The position numbers were made by a program, and so were the translations under genes. DNA of 63,923 nucleotides, counting the filler, from Phoronis australis (Eukaryota > Animalia > Phoronida): NCBI GenBank assembly GCA_002633005.1. It is 11 parts of 11 records of this genome, joined end to end, with 100 filler letters (N's around TTAATTAATTAA, not from the genome) between each part and the next. Parts side by side here need not be neighbours in the genome. Positions count along the whole stretch, not along the records: positions 1 to 29,218 come from NMRA01000188.1; 10 more parts are not named here. One strand, 5' to 3'. Positions 1-12,517 of the stretch are shown piece by piece. Numbering within the stretch: the first letter of the stretch is position 1; every line of letters starts with the position of its first letter. Below the pieces are notes generated by a model. It was given only the letters and a program-made list of their open reading frames with translations, was not told the DNA's origin and searched no databases.

Positions 1-526
1 GGGACGAAAACAATTCAAAGTCCGCTCCTCGAAATAGGGCTTGCTTAGCTGGAATTCAGAACTGCGGTCATGAGAGTGTTTTCACCTCCTGATTGCGAAG
101 CGATCGAGTGGTATCTTCATCAGCGCGTGCTCTCAGCGGGAGGTCACCGCTTTATCCACTCAAGCGCTCGACCAACAACTGACGAGAGTCTCAGAACTCC
201 CACATACAAATTTGATATGCAAATGAGGGAGTACTTGACTACTGCGCCATCTATACATCGACGGAAAAGCTTTTAAGCTTTTACCCGTGACTGCGTGTGG
301 GAAGTTGCGATTGAGTGTCCTGAAGTCGATATTTTTAAAGTACAATTACACCACTGTTTAAGGTTGCAAAGTGAGTTTTTTGATATCCTTCTGTAGAAAA
401 AGCTTTAATCTCTCTGATAAAATCATCTGTTTCCTTTTAACGAAACTTAAGTCCTGAAATTAGACCGGAGAAGGAGGCCAAAAACGGCGGTTTAGCTAGT
501 TGTCCCTTCCTGGTTATCTCTTCCTG
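1..526. repeat. Dispersed interspersed repeat, copy 1 (truncated by window start), family unassigned
   Basis: Aligns colinearly in the same orientation with 31398-31923, from GGGACxAAAACAATTCAAAG to GTCCCTTCCTGGTTATCTCTTCCTG, with scattered substitutions and small indels. Confidence 0.9.
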
Positions 527-1650
527 GTGTTACTAACTTACTCTAGTTAACGAAGAAAGTTTTAGTGGGATTACTCTGTTAATTGGGCAAGCGTTATCAA
601 AAGAGTTTTTCATGAAATAGATGGCAGAATATATTTTCATAATTCATATTTTTGTAACATCAGCAATGAGTGCTGAAGAAAACTCCTCGAACGCTCAAAA
701 ATATTTAGTGCAAGTCTATTATCATTAAGCCTAAACTATGAAGTTACGTTATGTTTATGCAAGAGTGTTCGCTGAAAAAGATGTTACTTTGATGTTGTGT
801 CCCTGCGAACGGTCATTATTAACACAACTACGCGCTGGAATGCTCTCGTTGCACATAGAGACAAGACGGTAAGTGTACACACTTCTTGAAGAAAATACAT
901 GTTCTTAATGCAATAAATGATCTGTGGAAGATGAAAGGCGTTTTATTTTTGTTCAATTATTTTACACAACTCACTCATAAGACGTTACCTGTTTAACAGT
1001 TATATTGTTTAGTGGTATTATTATTAAATGATGAAGAGTGCGAATGAGTGTGTGAGTGTGCGTGTGTGAGTGAAAGTCGTTACTCCTTTTCCTTGTTCAC
1101 CCATTCACTCTTTAAAAATTATGAGTGTATATTGTTGAAGAATAAAATTATTAAAAAAAGCAGTTAAGTACAAAGTACTCCAGAATTCTAGGTTATGAAA
1201 ATTTACAACTTTAAATATTTTGATTAGGTTACGCACGACTAAGTGTTTTCATTACCTCTGATAATATGCCATGAAAGTTTAATCGAGTTTCCGAAATGAG
1301 TTTGCTCACTTTGAGGACATAGTCTCCAAAATGGAAGCCCGACAGCACGGTTTAATCAGCATTCAAAGTTTTAATTGCAAGCAGTGAAACAACGTGAGTA
1401 AACGAAGAATATTGCTGAGGGATTCATTCAATATACGGGTGCATTCTTTCCTGTTATACGGGTGGTGGTATAATAAACAATACCTGAAGCGAATGTTTAT
1501 ATTTTTCAATTTGCCATTTTTCGAGTAAAGTGGCAGCGTGACACTGGAACACTTTTCTTGTGTACTTATATGTGTGGTAACAAGAAGCAAATTTGGATGA
1601 GATGCCTCATATAAGTCGGATTGGATATTTGTTGTCTGACTGATGGTTAT

Positions 1651-1725
1651 ATACCGTACAGCTCAGTGGACTAGAGCGTTTGCACCGTTAGCAGAAAGTC
1701 CCGGGTTCGAGCCCAGGACGGGACA
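1651..1725 (+). pseudogene. tRNA-like sequence (tRNA pseudogene or tRNA-derived SINE head)
   Basis: A-box-like AGCTCAGTGGACTAGAGC and B-box GGTTCGAGCCC; TTTGC/GCAGA anticodon-like stem around ACCGTTA; acceptor stem only partly paired (CCGT/ACGG), a T-stem mismatch and a non-canonical anticodon loop. Confidence 0.7.
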
Positions 1726-2899
1726 CAGATCATAGTTAACTATATGTCATTTGATGGGAACAAAGCCTTTATGAAGACCAACGATTTTGTGTAATACCAT
1801 ATCAACTAGTTGATGTTTGCAGTGTATGTGATTTCTTTCCTATTAGAAGTCCAGGATGATAACCTCATTCATTTGTCGGCGGTCGGGAAGTCCTCCCCGG
1901 AGTTCAGCTATTCGAAATACTTAACTAGAGGTCGTCCTGGGTATTAAGATGTATCATCTGGGACTATCATATAGATGACATTTGCGCTTAAGTTCCCCAG
2001 AAAATCGCACTTTTATAATGATTTTAATCTTAAAAGAAAGTCCTTAAAACTCGATTTTCAGAATCTCTTGTACAAAGCTATAGTTTTGACACGTTTGGAA
2101 AATTGCGATGCTGCACTGGGCTTTTTGCAATAATGATCTCAAAAGCAGATTACGGAGTCTGTCAGAAGCTAATTCCTACAAGCAAATACGTACACCAGTA
2201 TTGACTGAATGCACTACACTTTGGGCTGACTCTAACTGGGTGTGCGTATGGTGTGCGTATGATGTGTTCATCTATGCACAGACGTCTCCATGACATGGCA
2301 CTTTAGTATCTTTGTGACACAATTCAACAAGTAAATCAAGTTCACAATTGACACAGTGCGAATATCGATATCCTGGTACGGGCCATAAGGGCAGAGCCGG
2401 GGTTCTAATCTTCGTACTCGAGAAAATATTTTCTCATTCGTTCTGCTTGAAAACAAAGTCTATGATTGTATGTGACTATAGTCATCCACGTCCAAACTAT
2501 AGTGTATAGTAATATGACTATATTATGGACGGGGATGACTGTCTTAATTCTAGTTTGCATTTGATAACTCCAGCATTAAAGCTACAAGTTCCGAGTCTTA
2601 ACTTCTCAAATTCTCGACTTTTACTTAAGTTTCTCGTAGCTCAAATCTAGGGTTTTTCCAGTGTGAACTTGGACTAGAAAATCATCCAATGCAAAAGCCA
2701 TAAAATACCAAAGCGACATAAAATAATCGTCACTCAGCTTGAGATCGTATTTAACTAGGAAGGAAAATGGCAAACATATAATTTCGAGTTTGATGTCCAG
2801 TACAAAGATTAACCCCGGACACATGACTAATTTGGACAAACATTCCTTCTTTTAATTTGATGACGTGGTTTGGGACCACTTCAATTCAGTTGTTCATCT

Positions 2900-3230
2900 G
2901 CATTCCGCTCAGGGTGTGAGCTCGTCTGTCCGCAAGGTGGGCTACCTTTACCACGGATGGCCACATTGCGAGTACACATTGTCTCAGATAGTGTTTTATC
3001 GTTTCAGCTTTGCGTTGTTTGATTTCAGTGATAAGCCTTGAGTGGTTTTAGTTTCTTACAACTCGGAAACCAAAAGCTGCTTCGCTAACTCATTTCTTGG
3101 CATTTCCCAACCAGCAACAATGACTGTTCCTTGCCGGTTGGGACTACAATAGTCTCTTACCATGACAACACCTGGACTTTTCTCAGACAGGTTTTTTGCT
3201 TGTGGATTGTGGAACAGATGTCTTGGTGTC
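2900..3230 (-). mobile_element. Possible decayed RTE-clade LINE 3' fragment
   Basis: Minus-strand frames give CLRKVQVLSW* and MPRNELAKQLLVSEL*ETKTTQG, resembling the RTE ORF2 C-terminal motifs CLRxILxISW and MPxxRLPKQLLYxEL; interrupted by stops and frameshifts. Boundaries approximate. Confidence 0.4.
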
Positions 3231-5469
3231 AGTGATAACCGCTGTGTTCGTGGCAATATTCTTTCCCGACCACTTCAGCAATTCCGGATAATAAAAACTG
3301 AATCAGTCATTGAAAATTGAACCTTTTCATTGTTCAAACGGCAACAATTGTCTAATTACAACAGCAGAAATTTGAAATTACGTGCCTTGCAACCGTTGTT
3401 CTTTTGTTGATATGTCCCACCCTCTATTGAGTAACCTGAGCAACACAATGGAGCGACTTGACTCGTGTACACCACCTATCAGTGATCAAAGAATGCTGTG
3501 GAGTTAAAATCGGGGAATGCGTCACGTATTTTCACACAGTGCCATTGAATTGCCAAGGAAAAGGTACTCTGCGATTTTGTAAAATGATATCCCACCCACA
3601 ACTGTTCAAAACGTGGACCGATTTTAAAGTGCAATGACAAGACAGAAGCGTTAGTGGCGACTAGAAAACTTGGGCCAGTATTGCAAGCATTAACCTACAA
3701 TTAATTCATATGGACGCTTTCTCAGTTGTAGCTATTTGTCAGCTTTTTGTCAAACAATGTTTAAAGCTAACTAAAAAAAAAGTGCGACTTAACCCAAATC
3801 ATGCATTTCTTGACGCACTGTGTTCGTTGGCAAATGAAGGAAGGTGAAATTTGCACCCATGTTCACTAGCTTAATATCAGTTTCATTTTCATCAATTTAA
3901 TCTCCCAACATAGGTTGACCCCTTCCTTTTCCAGTGAGTTACTTAAGCTTTTATTTTAGAGCCTGTAAAAATTCTTGATTTAATTCTGTGTAAATTGTTG
4001 AAATTGTAACAGGAAATCATTTGAAACTCCATCTGATGATATCTCATACTTTTTACAGTTCTGGACTTCAACAAAAATTCACGATTTCTCATTGTGTGTG
4101 CATTTTGCTCAGCAGTATCTGGACTAACATAAAATTAAACTCCACATTATTTTCAATGACATTTTCTGTTCTACGCTTGCATTAATATTTACAGAAAGGA
4201 GTTTACACAGCAAGTTTGCACTTAACCCCAAGACTAGATGGAACGAAAAGTCTAACACCCAGATATAAGTGAACACTAAAATCCTGGGGTCATCAAGTGC
4301 AAACACGAGTCATACTGCCTAAATGAAAATGTATTTGAGCACAGAACAACACATTTTTCTTAAGCTCTAGCCCTCTTTCCCTTATGTGGTTTTTAGCATG
4401 CATTACCTCATCAAAATGTGATATAATATTGCTGTTAAGTTTCGAAACTGCTTGAAATAAACACTGAACTGGGGTGGTAAATGTGACAGTGACCAAACTC
4501 CTGCTTGAAGTCGGATCAATGACTCCAGTAAGTGCTGGAAGAATTTCACTGGCTACACTCTAAAATGCTAACCGTGGAATGGAGGGAAAAGAGGAAGGTA
4601 TGCCCGGCAAATTCAACCTTTCATAGTCACATCTTGAACTGAGCACAAATGTTCAAGGTTAAACGCCAAGAGACATAATTACACTTAAAAAACCCATTAA
4701 AACGGAATTACTCTTTAAAGTGAAAGACATGTGTTAGTTAAATCATAGGAGCAGAATTTTCAAATGTCTATGAGTGAATCAAACAATCCACAAGTTTCCG
4801 ACAAGAGCTTTATTTAGCCACTGTTGAAGAACAGATCACCAAAGCTTCTAACACAATACGTGGACATGCTAACAACACTTAATTTACCCATACCCAAACG
4901 TGAATTTAGCATCATAATGCAATTCCTCTATTCAAAATGCACCCACTGCTAAAAAAATTAAAACGACACGGCAGTACTGAGTAATGGAGCACATTTCTCC
5001 AATACAGAAACAGTTCAGAATTTAATGAAGACCATTAAACAAGACAACTAAGTTTATGTCACGGGCTCACATAACTTCCCTAAGCATCACTTGCTCCATA
5101 GTAACAACAGAACTTTCTTAGTTTAATTCTTTTTTGATGTGAGTCAAGTTTAACTTAGCCCCATGTGGATTTCACCTGTAATAATAAATTAACATTCACG
5201 TTTGGGGGAGGGTAACTGTGAAAGTGTTATTTCACCTTATCACATAGCACATCGGTGGTTTAACATTAGACATTGCCAGGCTTAGACAAACAAGAGAGCT
5301 TAAACTAAAACCAAGTGGACCATGCTTTGCACCTTAACACGTGGCCTAAAACCACAGCTAAATACCACCTTAGCACTTTAATTCCTCTCCGCTTCGAAAA
5401 TTAAAATAACGTTTCCTTAACCTATCATGTAAAACGATGGCCTCTAGCGACGGCGTTCACCAGGACCAA

Positions 5470-5690
5470 CTAGGCCGAGGGCTGTGACTTGGGCGTGTAG
5501 TCGATAGCGTTGGGATTCAGGTTGGATTGTACGGGCGACATGTCACCGTTGCAATACTTGGGCGAGCTTAGCAAGGGTGGTATCTGACTAAGCTGTGACG
5601 GGTAGCTGGACGTGGAGGGCATGAGAGCCATGGCCTCGGCCACTTTGGACTTCAGCTCGGCTATCTCCTTGCTTTTCTGGTTCAGAAGAC
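5470..5690 (-). CDS. MACO1: Macoilin, terminal coding exon (GLLNQKSKEIAELKSKVAEAMALMPS...LNPNAIDYTPKSQPSA*)
   Basis: Acceptor TCTGCAG at 5691; phase matches previous exon; stop TAG at 5470-5472; matches the conserved macoilin C-terminal coiled coil and LxPNAxxYxP motif. Confidence 0.93.
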
Positions 5691-6281
5691 CTGCAGAGAA
5701 CAAGTAGAAAATTAAGACTAACATACGTTTCACTGACCACTAACCACGGTGAGTTTTACAGCACCTATTCTCATCATAACTGACACAGCCATTCCAAACT
5801 GTTGTTTAAATTATATCTAGACTACCATGTCATACACTTGAACTTCGAATTGTACCAATAATGTGAACAAAAGTCATAAATATGATAACCAAATCATTTG
5901 TACAATCTACATGAAATAACGCTCTTCTCATTTCGGTTCGTATCCATGATTTTCTGTATGCTGTGGTCCAAGTGGGTGATTCAGTGCTTCTGGCACACTA
6001 CATTTGACTTCTGACTAACTAAACACATTAGTTAAGTTAGTAACTAGCAAGACTGGACTAGGCTCTAACAGAGATTATGAAATATATGAAAATAACATAG
6101 GAAACAACTTTAAATTTGGTCAGTTTGTGTAAGCAGATCCAGATCCACAATTACAATCAGCAGTCCAACAATCATCGAACACAGGGGGCGCTTTAGATTT
6201 CTTAGAACAACTTGACTGTCAATGGAAGTGTGCATGCACTCCATGGACCCCAAGTTGATCCCATCTTGGCATGAGGCGTAC

Positions 6282-6456
6282 CGTGCTGAATCTCCACTTG
6301 ACGCTTGGTGTCTCCGAGAGCGGAAAATAACTCCAGCTTGACCCTGGTCTCGGCACTCAGACTGTTCTCTAAGTGCTGATTCTTGTCCTGCATTGCAGCC
6401 AGCGCCGACATAAGCACCTCGGACTCATTCTGTGCTTCCTTATATTGACGTAATGC
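6282..6456 (-). CDS. MACO1: Macoilin internal exon (ALRQYKE...VLMSALAAMQDKNQHLENSLSAETRVKLELFSALGDTKRQVEIQH)
   Basis: 175 nt between an AG acceptor and donor GTACGC; contains the macoilin signature LENSLSAETRxKLxLFSALG. Confidence 0.97.
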
Positions 6457-6991
6457 CTAAGAATGGAAATAGAAGGACAACTTGTTATGCTGGGGCACAG
6501 ACCTTTGAGTTAATCTGTTCCTCGATCACCACTGACGTCACTCACTGTAATAAACATTAAAGGTTGGACACTAGAAATCAGTACTCTTAGACTTTTCTAC
6601 TCAAATAAGGAATTGGAATGACCAATGACAAAAAAGAGAAAAATTTTCCAGGTGATATATCGTTCCACAAATAAATAGACTTGAATGTGTGATAGAAGTA
6701 TTTTTTGTGTGGTAAAATTTAACTGAAATGAATGTTTTTGCATGAATAAAGTCAAAATAATGATAAAAGATTAGGCAAAAAAGAGGAAACTGGAAATCAA
6801 AGAAGAGGAAATCAAAACCAAAAAAAGGAAATCCTCTTAAGAGGTAACTTTCAAGCCCTGTCAAATGTGCATGGAAATACAAAATCAGTGCCAAACAATC
6901 TTTGAAAACCTTCTTTCACTTGATCAAATCATATTGCCTTCGCGTGGCGACTTGACGACAAAAATATCAAAAAGACACAGAAACCACAAAT

Positions 6992-7515
6992 TCAAGGAGG
7001 CTATTTTGTGACGTCACGTCAGATGGCCTTCGCACACATCTGGATTTTTCAGCAATTCCGAAAGTCTGTTTTTGCGCACCCACAAATGTTATTTGAGTGC
7101 ACTCCACATAATGCAGTGTTAGTTTGAATGTATTTAAACTTTGATTTTGTAAAATAACATTGTTTATAACCGAAGAGCGACAGGTTTCTGACTACTAACA
7201 AGGTCTAGTGCCACATCCGGCAGTTGCCGATAGGTGACTTCCTGCGATGGACATGCGGAAATCTTCGTCAAAAGCCGAGTGTCCGATGTGATTCAATTAA
7301 GAGCAGCACATAATGTCAAGATCAAACATTTGAGAAACTAAGAAGAAGCAAATTACATATAAGTGTAAGATCAATTTTTCTAATTTAAAACTAATAAGTA
7401 AACTTAAATTAAATAACAAATTTCCCATAGGCTTTGCTTGCTCAAACTTGAAATTTTATTTCCACCAGGCGTACAATTTAAAGCACAACCGCCATGTTAA
7501 CTATTAGCCTCCTTG
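6992..7515. mobile_element. Non-autonomous TIR element with AATT target-site duplication (Sola-like, tentative)
   Basis: TIR CAAGGAGGCTA...TAGCCTCCTTG, flanked on both sides by AATT (6988-6991 and 7516-7519). Confidence 0.55.
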
Positions 7516-8867
7516 AATTTAGAGTTTTGCATTTGCTTTGGAAATTCTGTTGTCAATTCAACACTCTCAAGGACAATTTAACGGGATCTAGAGGAGATAA
7601 GGCTGTGGGGTTTATGTAATACCAGTCTGAGGGAGGTGCACACAGTTTTTATTTGAATTTAAGGAAATTGAAATTTGGAGCTCAGGATCGGCTACATTTT
7701 AGTGTCCAGCCTTTGTGTTTCTTACATGGTTATAGTCTATTATGAGTCATTGGAAATTCGTCAGCCTGTGGGCTGGAGTAGGTTCTGTAGTACTTGGTTC
7801 TGTCTTGTGAAGAAAACAAGATCGTGCAAATTCACGCAAGTGACAGTTGAGTGTCCCGTGAGTAAGCTCGTGATCTTACTAGCAAAGACTAGCAAAAACG
7901 ACGCCGCTGAAGAGGCTTGAATTATGAATTACGGGAGAAAATTTATGGTTTCTCACTCTGTAAGTGAAAACTCTTCTCGACACAAGTGTATCATGTTTAT
8001 TGAATTTGCCCCAAGTCTTCTGAAGCATGTTACCTGACAATCATAATACAAAGGTAACGTCTGAAGCTGTGAAGGAGCAGACCATGCGATTGGAGACCCC
8101 TGATAGAAGCCCGGAAATTAATGTAGTTACATAGCCAGATATGGATGCTGACAGGTTTAGCTGTTCACAAGACCTCACAAAATCTAAAAACATTCTTATG
8201 GGTATATTTCACATATTATTTCCAATAAGTGACTTAGGTCAAAATCAGATATACTGACCACAACACTGTTTTCTCCTATTTTGACTGATGCCATTTAATT
8301 ATGCGTGTGGGGCAAAAGAAACAGATCTTGATTTAGAACACTTAGGAGCCATTCACAAATGTCTCCATTTCACGTGTGTACAAAACGTACATTCCCCCTA
8401 TTAAAAATTTCACGAATTCATGGCCATTTTCATGATGTAAATAAAAGTGTGCGCTAGAAGCAAGCATCAATCCTCTCCCTCCCTACAGGGTACACTTTGC
8501 GTACCTATGAAAATGGTCAGAATTTCGAAGTCGTTCTTTGCTAAGTCAAGAAGTGGTATCTGAGCATGGAAACAACTGACAAATATATCATTGCTTCAGA
8601 GCATGCTCAGTGCATAAGCAGATGCGGGACAAGCCAACTTGCTGACCAATAACAAACCGCCAGTTAAATGCAAGCCCAGCACTCCCCTCTAATTTGAGAA
8701 AGGACCACACTGATACTAATTTCATACCCGTAAGTGAAATAAATCAAAAGTTATTTCTTGACGAAAGGCTGGCTTGCATCAGCTTCAATAAAAACTGAAC
8801 CATTATGTCTCATACATAATTGAACACACGGGGAACTGTGATATCCTGTTTTCATTATAATCAGTAC

Positions 8868-9171
8868 CTGTGCCTCCATTTCAAGCTGCCTGATTCTGTC
8901 GTCTCTTTGGCCGAGATCTATCTTAATCTGTTGGATGTCTATCTCCAGGTCTTTACGCCTAGCCTTGCAACTCTCGCTACAGTCGGCCCTGGCAACAGCT
9001 GCCAAGGCGACTGCCCTGGCGGCCGCTGCCTCCTCAGCCTTTTTGGCCTTACGCTCACTAGAAAGCTGTGTTTCAGCAGTCGTCCGCAGCTTGCGTTCAT
9101 CCTGTAATTTCCGCTCGGCTGTCAGTAACGACTGCTTGTCTTGTTGTCGACTGGTGACAAGATTGTGTAAT
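8868..9171 (-). CDS. MACO1: Macoilin internal exon (LHNLVTSRQQDKQ...KAEEAAAARAVALAA...RQLEMEAQ)
   Basis: 304 nt; acceptor GCACAG, donor GTACTG; phases consistent; coiled coil with the EEAAAARAVA motif typical of macoilin. Confidence 0.96.
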
Positions 9172-10365
9172 CTGTGCAATGAAAGTGAGGGATAGCAATG
9201 AAAGCAGGGGAGATAACTCTAACTTCTTTAGGTGATACCAATTTGAATTTCTTAGAAGAAATTTTGACAAGGAACTTGAATTTCACTAGTGAAACACCAG
9301 CCCCCTCTAACAAATACAAATGCTTACGGCTCATGTAGGTGCGTTATCCTATGAAAGGTCTCAAGCTGGTGAACAGATTTTTGCTTTCAGACTAAACCAG
9401 TTAACAAAAACTGCAGCCTTTCTTCCATAGCCAACTGAACATCAAGTCATTCTCATTAGATATTTTTTTTCGGACATTTTCCCATACATGAGCCAACTTG
9501 AAGTCAGGAAAAATTTCAGAGAACTTGAAATAAGTGATATCCAAAATAATTCAGACAGACTAAAGATCTGTATTTTGTCTATGTGACAGGGCATTGACAA
9601 ACTACGATCATTAGGTCACTTCTATACAAATTTCAGCCACACAAAATACAGTGCTGAATTTAAGTTCAGAAATCTGTAAATGCCAACTGGTTTTCGAACT
9701 TTGATCCGAATTTTTCGTTGACTACGTTATGCAATGCCATTTTACAAGATTAAAAAAGCTCTAAGGTGCAGACATTTCCAAAAAAATCTGTACAACCTAA
9801 TTGAAAACAAAGTCACAGATACAGGCAGAGTTCAACTTTTAATAGCCCAAAGCCCCTACACGACTGGAAAATGTGCAACCTCCAAGTAAAATCAGTATCC
9901 ATCAAAAACCATATGAAAAGTGTAATTTTTAGCATTATGACAATTTTCAAGAGCTTTAACACGAGTGGTTGTGACCATTTGAGATTACATCCTCTCGAGA
10001 CTTTGATGGTAGCGGCATGTAGGAAAAGAAAAGATAACGGAGTGGTTGTCGGAGAAAAAACTTCGTGATTACAAAGACGTCAGGCAAAGGCTGAATAATT
10101 TGCATACTCAAGGTTCACGCATGTACTATGGACTTTGCGCAAGCCAAAATACAGTGCCACTGCCATAAAAAGTAATCAAATTTGAATGTTACTCCATGTT
10201 ATTTTTCTTTTGTCTTGTGTTACTGCGTTACAACGGACGTTTTTAGGAAAAACATGTCAACCGTTATTCTTAAAGCCTGAGAAATTAGACGGCACAAACA
10301 TAAAAACTTCTGTCATACTTCATCCTAAATTGGACAAATTTATACCATTCTCGATTTTTACTTAC

Positions 10366-10524
10366 TTGTTTTGTAAGTTTTCATTGTCTTGCCTGAGCTG
10401 GTAGACTTCACTTTTCATTAGTTTATCGCTAGCTAACAATGAATTCACTTGAGATCTGAGTTCCTGTTCAATGTTTCGGCTACACTGCAGGTCTGCCTTT
10501 AGCCGTTTTATATCGTTTTCAAGT
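10366..10524 (-). CDS. MACO1: Macoilin internal exon (RLENDIKRLKADLQCSRNIEQELRSQ...LRQDNENLQNK)
   Basis: 159 nt; acceptor TTGCAG, donor GTAAGT; phase 2-2; macoilin coiled-coil start motif LExDIKxLKADLQxSR. Confidence 0.96.
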
Positions 10525-11291
10525 CTGCAAAATACCAATGTATACATAGGTATGAAACGAGCAAAAAATAAATGAAATATTAAAGAAAGAACAATATCCA
10601 CAGTGCCAACCACAAGTCATTCTCATTTGCAACTAGACATGTTAATCAAGGCAAATATTTTTATTTCAATCTATAGCATAGTTTAAAACAGCTGACAAAA
10701 TTTCTTCTCATCGTATATTGGTCAAATTTCCATCTGATTTCTAACCCATGTAGTGTAATTTTTCATCTCTTTTCCTTCTCGTTGTTTTTGCCATAACATA
10801 AATAAAGCCATACAAGTTTATTTCAAAACTGACTGTACAATCATGCAGTAAAACTTGCACAAGTCGGTTCTTTGCTTAACGCAAAAATCTTTCTGTAGTA
10901 TGGATTTCATGTATTTGGACCTTCAGGTAAGTAAGATTTCACCTAATATAGATCAGACTTCATACGATTTTTTTTTACTGCATTTAATTTTTGACAGTAC
11001 TTGGACAACATGAGGCCTTATCTACATAAACCACACAGTAAGCATTTTGAATGGAATCTGTGCAGTAATTGACTAGCCACTATTCAAGCACACTATTTCT
11101 GGAAATATCACCATAATAATCTGCCACAATGCAACAGCTAATCTCATCACATCCAGAAGTTAGCAGATGTCAAGATAACCCAATCTTCACAGACTCTGTG
11201 TATGACTACACCCACTTGTAGGAAGGAAAGAGTAAACATACTATATCTCACATGGTGCTATGCCTCTGACCACACCCACATGGGAGTGAAG

Positions 11292-12296
11292 CAGGGCTTC
11301 ATCTAGGATTTCGAACATAGGGTGTCCAAAATGGGGTTCCCAATATTCCAGGGTGTCCATGATTCCAACGCCGCATTACCCCCCCTCCCCACCCCATTCA
11401 CCAGTAACCCCCCCCCCCAACACACACAGTGAGGTTTTTTTACAATTAAAAAATGCGTTGAACAAGGCTTTTACACCTAAGTTTACAAAAACAGCTCCCT
11501 TGTATTGGGCTGTTTTAAGTACTAAAACACTGTTGATCAAGACTTTTATGTTTAAATTTACGAAAACAGTCAAATAGCTTACCAAACTTGTATTACAGAT
11601 ATTACAGATAGTGATTGAACGATGAGTGCACTGTTTTTGGTCATCTCAAGTCAAATTCTGTTATAAAGTTTATTATATCAACTTCACTAGCTTTATATTC
11701 TGTACAATGAGTCATCAAAGCTGCAGTTACCAACAAAAGAAAAATGCACAGATGATGTGTGGTTTATATTTTGACAACAGGTGTCACTGCTGCTCCATTT
11801 TAGACGCACATAGAAAAGCATGAAACAGGCGAAAACTCAAACATTTTAAATGGGGATATTTTTGCGGCACATCATATTATTAAAGTAATGACATTTATTT
11901 TGCTTTTGGTATTTTTAAAAAAAGATGAAGTACATGAAATTACAGCTCTGAAACACCAGTTTGGAGTTAAGCAAGGTCCATGTCCCTATATAAAGTACAG
12001 AATGGCAGTGGCATGTGAGTCTATTGAAAGCAGACACTCTGGCAACCAACCACGTGCTAATGATTGACAGGTCTACCAAGTAGTTTGAATATTGCAACAT
12101 TTTAAATACTTTGTATATTTCTTTCGGAGTTGAAAGGGCCAACTTCCCCCTTTGATTAACTGGGAGTCTTAGTAATCTTTCAATGTGGGTGTCCAAACTG
12201 GAGAAATTCTGATTGACAGGGCGTCCAAATGATACATTGGGCGTCCTTGCCAGGGCGTCTACATTAGTGCCAGGACGTACGCTGCATGAAGGCCTG
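11292..12296. mobile_element. Non-autonomous hAT-type element in a macoilin intron
   Basis: TIR CAGGGCTTCAT / ATGAAGGCCTG; perfect 8-bp TSD GAGTGAAG (11284-11291 and 12297-12304); subterminal GGGYGTCC repeats. Confidence 0.85.
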
Positions 12297-12337
12297 GAGT
12301 GAAGACACTCAGAGCCTCCAACCTATATAATGACCCA

Positions 12338-12510
12338 CCCCTGACCACGCCTACATGTCGTCAAGATCCTCCAACCCACTCAATGCCTCAGCCCTGACCA
12401 CGCCTACATGCTGACAGGATGCAATCATGATCATCCAATCCATTTGATGCCCACACCCGACCACACCTACATGCTGGAGAGGAAACGTCAAGATCCCTCA
12501 CCCCCCATGA
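12338..12510. repeat. Degenerate short tandem repeat (CCYGACCACRCCTACATG core, 3 copies) next to a macoilin donor site
   Basis: Core motif recurs three times at roughly 50-65 nt spacing; similar cores at about 11205 and 11265 lie on the other side of the hAT insertion. Confidence 0.6.
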
Positions 12511-12517
12511 CACCCAC

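Noticed and set aside
3950-4814. Macoilin polyadenylation signals (minus-strand AATAAA at about 4809-4814 and 3950-3955)
   Set aside because: Plausible, but hexamers are frequent in AT-rich DNA and cannot be chosen without transcript data.
8820-9195. Plus-strand ORFs overlapping macoilin exons (also poly-Cys 14798-14995, 18081-18326, 18787-19086)
   Set aside because: Antisense shadows of real minus-strand exons; the poly-Cys is the reverse of the CAG tract.
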